Positions 8,615 to 17,491 of a DNA stretch of 20,000 bases are shown here, piece by piece. The stretch covers positions 1,415,839 to 1,435,838 of the forward strand of contig NW_027117349.1 of assembly GCF_038025025.1 (NCBI RefSeq). Reading direction: 5' to 3'. Within the stretch, counting starts at the first letter, position 1. The number at the start of each line of letters is the position of its first letter. The position numbers and the translations under genes were made by a program. This DNA is from Phyllosticta citribraziliensis. Its lineage: Eukaryota. The notes beneath the pieces are model-generated. The model did not search any database. It worked only from the letters and a program-made list of their open reading frames with translations, and was not told where the DNA came from.

Positions 8615-11600
8615 ATGATTCCTTGCTCGTCGACTCCGCCGCCGGACCCGTGCGGTTCGTCTGCTCCGCCTCCGCCGCGCAGTTGTGCCGATGCTTGCTG
8701 CGGTGGTGATGGCGATGGCGACGGCACTGCTGCTGCTGCTGCTGCTGATGGAGGCGATGGTGCTTGTGTTGATGCTTGCTGCGGTGGAGCCCGCAAGTCC
8801 AGCGAGGGCCGCGCCGACGCGTGCTGCTCCAAGGACAAGACGGAGTCACCCACGCAGAGCTGCCGCTCCCCAGCGGGACCGCTCGTCGAAGCTGCACCTG
8901 ATGGAAAGGCCTGCTCGCGCACCGCCTGCGGCGACACCACTCCCACAAACAACAAAACCAACAAGAAAAAAGGGCAATGCTGCGATGGTGCGTACCGTAC
9001 AGCTTCTGCCTATGTACATACTCTCTCTACACACCTGGTAGCCCACACACACACCAAACCATGTCACTGACTACCGCCAACTAGAATCGTGCCTTGACGA
9101 GCTCGCCCTCCGCAGCTGCGCCGACGCCGCGTGCGCGCTGTCTGGCAGCTCGACGGCCTGCGAGGACCACAAGCAAAAGACGCGGTCCAAGTACGGCAGG
9201 TCGCTCGAGGCTCTCGGTTGTATCTGTCGCGCCCTGCTGGCCTGCAATCTTGAGTCTTGCTGCGATAGGACCGCGACTGCTACGTTGAGGCGTAGGCGCG
9301 GCGGTGGCCGGAATGTGAGTTCTGCGAGTTCTGTGAGTTCTGCTCGCTCCGCTCGCCCTGCTGGCTGCACGACGGGCCTGCAGGCTTGTGGCTCGGGTTC
9401 TGGTTCTGCTCGATCGCGAAAGGCTGTGGGAAAGGCGGCGTGCCGTGACGAGTGCTGTGCTGCGAAGCCTCCCAGCGTCAAGAGCAAGGCATGCCAGGAT
9501 GCGTGCTGCACTGCTCTCTCTCCGAACAAGAACGGGAAAACTTCTCCACAGGACAGCTGCTGCAAGGCAAAGTCTGGCGCCGGAGTCGCCCTCAGCGTTG
9601 ACAACATCGACGTGGAGCGCCGCCTGGCCAAGGACGAGCATGTCGTCCTCACCGTCCATGGTATGACTTGCACGGGCTGCGAGACGAAGCTGATGCGCTC
9701 GCTCAGCGCCATCCCTGGCGTCAGTCGCCCGCAGACCAGCCTGCTCCTCTCGCGGGCTGAGTTCGATTTGGATGGTAGTATTTTTTCGGCCGAACAGATA
9801 CAGGCGCGGCTCGAGAAGGAGACGGGCTTCAACTTCGACAAGGTGGCCAACGAGGACGACGATCTGGAGACAATCGAAGTGCTTGTAGAAAACGCCAAAG
9901 TCTTCGCGGACCACGCGATGCCTGTGGGAGTCGTCAGCGTATCGGTCGTGGACAAGGACATTGTGGCCCTTCAGTACGATCCCAAGGTCGTCGGAGCTCG
10001 CGAACTCATCAACCGCTCCTTCGGCTCTCCCCTCGAATTGGCGCCGTTACGCCCTCCTCCGTCCATTGCCTCTGGCCGCAAGCACGTCTGGGCCACCGGG
10101 CTCAAGACTGCTTTGTCTGCGCTGCTTACCATTCCTGTCTTGATCATGGCGTGGGCTCCGCTGCCTGAGCATGACATTGCGTACGGCAGTGCGTCTTTGG
10201 CTCTTGCAACTGTCATCCAAGTCTTTATCGCGGGCCCCTTTTACTCGAGCGCGGTCCGCAGTCTCGTCTTCTCCCGTGTCATTGAGATGGACCTCCTCAT
10301 TGTCCTCAGCACGACGGCCGCCTATGTCTTTTCCGTCGTGGCGTTTGCATACCTTGCTGCCGGGAAGCCCCTCTCGACGGGCGAGTTCTTCGAAACTGGC
10401 ACGCTGCTCGTCACGCTCATCATGGTCGGCCGCTTCCTCAGCGCTCTGGCGCGGCAAAAGGCCGTAGAGAGCGTCTCTGTTCGATCTTTGCAAGCCACCA
10501 CCGCCTTGCTCTCGTCCAAAGACGGGTCTACCACTGCAGACGAAGAGATGGACGCCCGTCTCCTCCAATTCGGCGACGTCTTCAAAGTGCTCCCCGAGAC
10601 GCGTATCCCCACCGACGGCACCGTCGTCTCTGGCATCTCAGAAGTCGACGAATCCATGATCACGGGCGAGGCGCACCCCGTCTCCAAGGAGCGCGGCGCC
10701 CCTCTCGTCGCGGGCTCCGTCAACGGCTCCGGCGTCCTTCTTGCTCGCGTCACCCGCCTGCCCGGCTCCAACACTGTCGCCAAGATTGCCGCCATGGTCG
10801 ACGCGGCCAAAATGTCCAAGCCCAAGATCCAGGACCTCGCGGACGCGGTGGCCAGCTGGTTCGTCCCTGTCATCGTTGGCATTACGGTGCTCGTCTTCGT
10901 AGTATGGGTTAGCGTAGGGGTGCGTCGCGATGGCATGGGGGCGTCTGATGCCGCAGTGCAGGCTATCACGTACGCCATTGCGACGCTGATTGTGTCGTGC
11001 CCGTGTGCCATTGGGCTAGCGGTGCCCATGGTTGTCGTCATTGCGAGCGGCATCGCGGCTGAGAACGGCGTCGTGGTCAAGAGCGCAGAGACGCTCGAGG
11101 TAGCGCGCAAGGCCTCGCACGTCGTGTTCGACAAGACGGGCACACTGACGCAGGGCAAGCTCAGCGTCACGCAAGAGGCCATTCTGGAAGAGTCGTCCAT
11201 CGGTTTGCTGTTTGGCCTCGTCCGCGCGAGCAAACACCCCGTGTCTGTGGCCATCGCTGCCCACCTTGAAGCCAACGGCGTCGTCCAACTCCCCGTCCCA
11301 GACATCAAATCTGTCCCCGGCAAAGGCGTCGAAGCTCCCATCGAAGGCCGCCTCCTCCGCGCCGGCAACTCGCGCTGGCTGGGCACCGAATCCGCGCCAG
11401 AAGTGTCGGCGCTCCTCTCCCAAGGCCTCACCGTCTTCTGCTTCACGCTCAACGACTCCCTGCACGCCGTGTTCGGGCTCCAAGACACGCTGCGCCCGGA
11501 ATCCAAAGCCCTCGTCGCCAGCCTGCACGCCGCGTCCATCAGCGTGTCGCTCGTCAGCGGCGACGACGACCGTGCCGTCCAGTCCGTCGCCGCCGCGCTG

Positions 11601-12062
11601 GCCATCCCTCCCGCCAACGTGCGCTCGCGCGCCTCGCCCGCGGACAAACGCGACTACGTCCAGCGTCTCCTGTCGTCCTCCACGCACCGCCAGCGTCCCC
11701 CAACTGTCCTCTTCGTCGGCGACGGCACAAACGACAGCGTGGCCCTCGCCACCGCGACCATCGGGATCCACATGAGCAGCGGCACCGACGTGGCCGCGTC
11801 GGCTGCCGACGCCGTCCTCACCGCCGACTCGCTCGCCGGCCTGCGCGTCCTCCTCGCCATCTCCGACAGCGCCTTCCGCCGCATCTGCGCCAACTTTGCC
11901 TGGAGCTTCGTCTACAACGTCTTCGCCATTTTGCTGGCGGCCGGTGCGTTCCCGAGCGGTGTCCGTATTCCGCCCCAGTTTGCCGGCTTGGGCGAGGTCG
12001 TGAGCGTTTTGCCTGTCATTGCGGTTGCGGTGCAGATGCGTATGGTGAGGAGGTGGGGCTGA
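8615..12062 (+). CDS. PCA1: Heavy-metal-translocating P1B-type ATPase of the Pca1/PcaA (cadmium/copper) clade, about 1116 aa. Exons 8615-8987 and 9085-12062.
   Basis: HMA motif GMTCTGC (9660-9680) followed by TSLLLSRAEFDLD as in yeast Pca1; DESMITGE; TM CPC (10998-11006); phosphorylation motif DKTGTLT (from 11130); HP; GDGTND; YN and GEVVS in the last TMs. Intron 8988-9084 (GTGCGT..ACTGAC..TAG) joins a Cys-rich exon 1 in frame to the 925-aa ORF. P1B-ATPase identity is certain; Pca1 orthology is by recalled motif similarity. Confidence 0.9.
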
Positions 12063-12598
12063 TGGTTGGTGGGATTGGTAGGCTAGGGGGCGTGGCGTGC
12101 TGGGATATTGTGAGCATGCGGCATTCAACTGCCTGCCTGCCTGGGGACGTATGCGTGGGAGATGTTCCGTGTCCTTTGCGGACGGAGCGAGATTGTCGAT
12201 TGCGTACGATGTTTGCCTTGATTCAAGATTAACTCGAGCCGCTCGTTAAATCGTCTTCAAAACAGAACAGACGAAACAACCAACAAAGCACCCAGAGTCA
12301 AGCCTCGCGCTCCTCTTGCTCCTGCTCCTTCTTCTTCTCCTTGTTCTGTGTCCTTCAATATGGTGATCAACGTGCTAATCCACACAGCAAAACACAAAGC
12401 CGCGTGCACCTGTCCTGTACAAGACTCCCAATCTTACACTGTAGTTTCTCTCCATGCTCTTTCACAGGCGGCCAAGGAAACGGAAAAGGAAAAGGGAATC
12501 TGATTCATCGTAACTGTTTTTGTGGACGGGGGAAGATGGCCAACTATCTGCAAGTGCTGTAAAAGGGAACGTAATGGCCGCGCTGGAGTAAAGAGAGT

Positions 12599-12909
12599 TG
12601 CTGAAGAGGAAATGCAAAAATGACTAAAATCCAAAAGACCGGGAACGAGAAGTGTCGCAAGCGTCGGAGGATTGATGTCGCCGCTGACGTGGCATGTTGA
12701 GCCCCGAGCGATGCTCAACGAGTCGCGTACGTTTCTTTCGAGCTTGGAGGCGAAGCGCGGATGCTGAAGAGGAAGACGCCGAAGAGACTGGAATCCAAAA
12801 TCCAAAAGCTGAGGAGTGTCCCTGTCACGGCCGGTCCAATGTCGCGGCTGCAATCTCAGACAGAAAACCAAGAGCTGTGTGGCGAGGCTGAAATGACTGA
12901 AAATCCAAG
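12599..12909. repeat. Three degenerate dispersed copies of a GCTGAA..GACT..AAAATCCAA motif
   Basis: 12599-12637 tgctgaagaggaaatgcaaaaatgactaaaatccaaaag; 12762-12808 tgctgaagaggaagacgccgaagagactggaatccaaaatccaaaag; 12887-12909 gctgaaatgactgaaaatccaag. Confidence 0.5.
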
Positions 12910-13140
12910 ATCGAATGCTGAGCGAGGAGGGTCCAAGATCATGGCGTATCCAATGCCGTTGTTGCAAGTGAGGTCCAACTTTCGCTTAGCATCCGCGTGG
13001 CTTTGGCTGTCGCCCTAGATCACCATCGCCAATGAGAGTCCCAATCTTCGCCAACTCAATCTTGTCTGTGTAATGTATCGTGCAAACGGTTGTCGCCCGC
13101 GCGGCTTCGGTGTTGGCCCAAAAGCCCTGCCGTTGGCCGC

Positions 13141-13674
13141 CTAGGGAGGCAAACTGGAAGACGCCGTCGAGTACGAAGCCAGCATGATGATATTGAGCAG
13201 GGGACCGGGCATAAGGCGAGAAAAGTAGGCGCGGAGTTGTCCATGCTTGAGGAGGAAGTCGAAGGCGATGATCTGCAAAGGTTAGTAGATTCCTTCGCGT
13301 CGAATCACTCTGCTCACATTCAGAAAAAGGAAAAGGGCGGCGAAAGCCGACATCGTGTGGCCCCAAAAGGTTTCCTGTCCTCGTTAGAAAGTGGCGAGAC
13401 AAAAAGGTTGCTTGGACCAGGCCTTACCGATTGCCAGGCGGAACTGAAAAGCTTGTAAAGGCCGTAGATGGCTAGCTGGGCGGAGATGAAGATGCCCAAG
13501 ATGGCTACTTCGTGGCGGCTGGCGTCTGCCCACCACATCAACACGAGACCAATCTGAGAGGTGTTAGATATTGATCCTGCTGTGGCGTGATGTACTTACG
13601 ATGACAGTCATTGCAGTGACCTTGATCATGTCGGACACGTGGAACGCGATCATCGTGACTGGGAATGGGTGCAT
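13141..13674 (-). CDS. Small orphan multi-pass membrane protein, about 129 aa (145 aa from the in-frame ATG at 13722). Exons 13674-13600, 13553-13428, 13374-13318, 13272-13141; the last exon may be frameshifted.
   Basis: Three canonical phase-0 introns: 13554-13599 (GTAAGT..CTAAC..CAG), 13375-13427 (GTAAGG..CTAAC..CAG) and 13273-13317 (GTGAGC..CTAAC..CAG). Spliced product MHPFPVTMIAFHVSDMIKVTAMTVI|IGLVLMWWADASRHEVAILGIFISAQLAIYGLYKLFSSAWQS|ETFWGHTMSAFAALFLFLN|IIAFDFLLKHGQLRAYFSRLMPGPLLNIIMLASYSTASSSLPP* has 3-4 hydrophobic segments. Confidence 0.68.
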
Positions 13675-13797
13675 TTCAACTGGAAGACTGGGGTTGAAGG
13701 CACGAGCTCGTGGTGATCGCATGAAATGAAGAGGTGGAGGGAGTGTTGTGGAAGAAGTGGTAAAGCGGAAGTTAGTGGAAAAGCGGAAGACGAAGGC

Positions 13798-13809
13798 TTA
13801 AATACCAAT
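13798..13809 (-). promoter_or_regulatory. TATA-like element (TATTTAA) and adjacent CCAAT upstream of the small membrane-protein gene
   Basis: TTAAATA on + at 13798-13804 (TATTTAA on -), about 76 nt upstream of ATG 13722; CCAAT on + at 13805-13809; AAGCGGAAG duplicated at 13763 and 13781. Confidence 0.35.
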
Positions 13810-14777
13810 TTGCTTCACTTTCACATCGTATGCTTTCACAACCGCGCCGAACCGTGAACCATGCCGCCGACTGAGAAATGTCGTTGCCAATATCTACCAC
13901 TTCCACTTTCACGATGACCTGTGCGCATCCTGCGCCCACTCGCCCTCGTTACTGAGACTTGTTCTTTCGTACCTTTGGGGCTGATTCCCAAAGGGCAAGC
14001 TACAAGGCGCGCCAGCTTGAAGACTCCGCTGTTTGTTGGCGTCGGCATTCACTCTGGAAGGGTCTGACAGAAGCTCGTCGTCCGAGGAACCTCTGAAGAC
14101 CAGAGACTCTGAGGCTTCTGAAGGCGAGAAAGTTCCCACAATCATCAAAGATGGCAAGTGAAGCGCACCTTCGATTTGACATACCGGGCACTGGCCAGTG
14201 ATAGATTTGAGCAGCAATGAAGATCAGGAAAGGCCAGCGGAAACAGTGAGATGATCTTTCGCCCCTGGTATCGATCGCTTTGACAAAGATTTTGTGGCAT
14301 CAAAGGACGATTTGGGCAGAGGTTTGGAAGAACTCCGAGCAGCACAAGGGACTGGACAGGGCGTGAGAAGATTCATGACGAGGAAGGAAGGGCAAAGAAG
14401 AAATCTACGACGAGACCTTGGAAGTACCCAGCGTCTCGCGGTTACTCAGGCCGGAAGACGCGACTTGCACATCTGAGCCGCAAACGCGGTGTTTTGGCAA
14501 CCTGCCGCGCTGTGCTGCTGTACGCTGGTGGCTCGAGGCGATTCCTGGGCCGATACTGCTGACTCGAGATATGCAAATGGGCTCAAGTACGCGAGGACGC
14601 CATGATCCATCATCAATCCAGAAACGGAATGCGTCGCGAGTTTCCATCGATGTCGTCATTGGTTTAGTTGTCATTGGTTTAGTCTGGCGGCCATGGAGGC
14701 TGGGGCTGGTTGAAAATTCGTTGTGAGGTCGCGCCTTCGCAGTTGCGTTCGTTCGGAGCCCCATCCAGCTACGCGTC

Positions 14778-16502
14778 TTGGAGACTTCTTGTTTACCAGA
14801 GGATCAGACTCGCAAGAGGCTATTGGAGAGAGTTGAGAAAAATGATGGAAGGTATTGTAGGTTGTCGTTTTTGAGTGCGGTCGGCGTTGCCGTGTGGGGA
14901 AACGCAGGGACCAGCCGCTGCGCAACGGCCCGCCACCGCACGCAGACACCACGCTGCAAACACCACGCTACCTACCGAGGTCATCATCTCCTCTCCTCCT
15001 CCATCTCAGCAACGCGTCAAAGAAGCTCTAGTCTTCACTGCAGCAGATGCAACAGGAGAAGTTTGTGCTCATCGAGAACCAGGAAGCCCTCGAAACCAGC
15101 CGCGTTCGCAACAAATCCGAGCCCAGGCCGTCGCAACGTCAAGAGCGCGCAAACGAACGGGCAATTCGCGACACAGCCCGTAATCTCTCAAGCTTCAGAA
15201 TGTTTCAGCCAAGGGTCAAGGGTCAAGGGCGCAGCACTCCGGCCACTCAAGCCGTGCAAATGCGGGACGTTCCTAACCTTCTTTGAAAAACGAACCACTC
15301 ACAGGCGTGCCCTTCCATCTTCACAAGCAGAGCGAGATAAATTTAGGTCAAAGAAACATCCTTGAGGGCTGCCCATCCACCACCAACCTCCGCTTTTTCC
15401 ATCACCTCGACCGTCGACTGTCTCCGCGAGAAGTCCCCCAAGGAACATCTTGTTTTACCCATTGATCACCGAGAATCATATCGGAATGTCCATCCACGTG
15501 CAGTTCGAATCCCCCGACCCGAGGCTTCCTAACAATCAGCTCAAAGATGAATGCGAGACTGCCGGCAAGGGCCACGAGATCAATGTTCCCCACCGTTCGA
15601 TCATCAGCCAAACCATGGCCGAGAGGATTCTCCACCACCACAAGAACCTCCGGCGAAATAGCAAAGTCTGGAACGAGTTTCTCTCGCTGAAGCCCGACAT
15701 TGTTCGAAGACCAGACTTTTCGCGAGGGGATCTGCCGCTTGACACCTCTCACTACTCCGGCTACTCTCTTGGCCTGGTTGCTCAATGCAGTTCGGTGGCA
15801 GTAGAGGCTGCGAAACCCTGCCGGTGCTGTGAGAGCAGCGGTACTTTCAAATCTTGCCGCCAAATCATTTGGCCTGGCAGAGGCTATCTTTGGGGCGGCT
15901 GCTGCGTCGGATGTCGCTTCAACAGATCGGCCAAACTGTGCTCCTTTCATGCAAACTACGTCGATAAGGGACCATCCAGGAGACGATCCAAGGGAACCCC
16001 GAGGACACAGCCCAGGGGACGCCCAAGGAGGCAAGCTCAGGTGTGTTCCGCTGCATAAATTTCAACCTCTACTGACTAGACTTGACACAGATGCCTCAAA
16101 GCAGGGTAGAGACACCGCCTGTTGCGAAGTTGACCCCCCCAGTCGTCTTGGAACTTGGAATGCATCGAAGAGGTGGCAAACAGCAGCAACGACACCCCCA
16201 CGCCACGAGACGGCCTGGCCGGCATAATGGCAGGTATCAACGAAAAGTTTGATCATATTCGGAATGTCCAAAACACGCAGTTAGCGACGATGAAAAAACA
16301 ATATAAATCCTTGCAGAGACAGAACGAGGAGCTTGCACGCAAGGTTGACGAGTTCTCAGCAGAGATCCAGAGGCAGGTTTCGCGCATCGAGGCTTCCCAA
16401 GAGGAGGCCGAAGACTCTGGGGACAATGAGCAGGCCGACGGAAGCGGTCGTCGTTTGCGTAGTCGATTCTTCATGGGAGGAAAACGTCTGCCGGGACAGT
16501 AA
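14778..16502 (+). pseudogene. Disrupted gene for a DUF3716-like Cys-cluster protein with a C-terminal coiled coil; 5' end unresolved
   Basis: LVAQ..PCRCC..SGTFKSC...GGCCVGC......CSFH (Cys cluster 15819-15950) fits the recalled DUF3716 pattern. ORFs 14778-15365 and 15450-16058 are the same frame split by one TGA (15363-15365). Intron 16041-16090 (GTGTGT..ACTGAC..CAG). The coiled-coil ORF 16155-16502 joins only if the C7 run at 16134-16140 is C6. Confidence 0.6.
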
Positions 16503-17100
16503 CTTCGACGACGCGATCCACCATTCGCTCCATTTCTGGGGGTGCTCCACTGACCGACGTCTACTTTTGCTCTCATTCAAATTCCATCGTCTCTGAGGCC
16601 TTTCTTCCTTCGATATCCACGTCAAGCGCTGTACAGCCAGGGGAAGCAACGACACCGACAGAAAAGGGCACGACCGGTTTGGGGGCCGCAGATTGAATAT
16701 GGTGCCTATTTCCTTGCAAATTTGTGAACAGAGGGCTGGACAGACGCTTGAATGCTGGGGTCGGCCTGCCACGCGTGCTGCGACGGCAGCTGACCTCACA
16801 TCAAGTTCCAGCGATTTTCTATCGATGCTTCAGACAGCAGAGAGTGCGGGCACGGTTCCGGGTGCACTGGCGGTTGAAGTGGTTTGTCTTCCGCTTTTCC
16901 TTATCACAGCCACTTGCTCCCAGTGTGGTCGGCAACGCAACGCAACGTAATATCAGCCTCAATTAAATTGTATTACCTAGAGCAATTACCTATAGTAATT
17001 ATATTAATTTAATTAGTTAATTTACTAAGTTAATTATATTATATTAATATAATTACTTAAATCTATAATACCCCCCCTTATATCTATAACCCCTAAAAAC

Positions 17101-17297
17101 TACTACCTACTACTCTTACTCTTAAGAGAGACCCTTACTAAGGACTAACTCCCTTATATATATATAATTTATACTAAGACTAACCTAGTATATACCTTAA
17201 AAGTTATAAAAAACTAGGTCTTAGTATAAATTATATATATATAAGGGAGTTAGTCCTTAGTAAGGGTCTCTCTTAGGAGTAAGAGTAGTAGATAGTA
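17101..17297. repeat. Long inverted repeat: 80-bp arms (17101-17180 and 17218-17297) with a 37-bp spacer
   Basis: Left arm tactacctactactcttactcttaagagagacccttactaaggactaactcccttatatatatataatttatactaagac matches the reverse complement of the right arm at 78/80 positions; both mismatches are C/T. Confidence 0.95.
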
Positions 17298-17319
17298 TTT
17301 AAAAAAAGGGGTTAGATAG

Positions 17320-17337
17320 TATATATATATATATATA
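17320..17337. repeat. (TA)9 run, likely RIP-amplified
   Basis: tatatatatatatatata read directly. Confidence 0.75.
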
Positions 17338-17491
17338 AAATAATTACTAGGTAATAAGACTTAGTACTAAGAAAATTCTTAAGATATATATATTATAAGG
17401 ACTAAAATTAAGTAGAGAATTAAGTATATATAACTATTAAATATACTAAAATAGATAAGAATAATAGGAAAAATAAAAAAATAACCTCTAA

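Noticed and set aside
9071..12128. Antisense ORFs of 277-441 aa over the ATPase
   Set aside because: Shadow ORFs of a high-GC3 gene.
14724..15365. Programmed readthrough or selenocysteine recoding of the two in-frame TGA codons
   Set aside because: No SECIS-like structure or readthrough context is evident, Dikarya lack the Sec machinery, and an independent frameshift at 16134-16140 favours simple decay.
17087..17316. Telomere-like TAACCCCTAA and AGGGGTTAG flanking the palindrome
   Set aside because: Single imperfect units rather than a (TTAGGG)n array; better explained as an outward extension of the inverted repeat.
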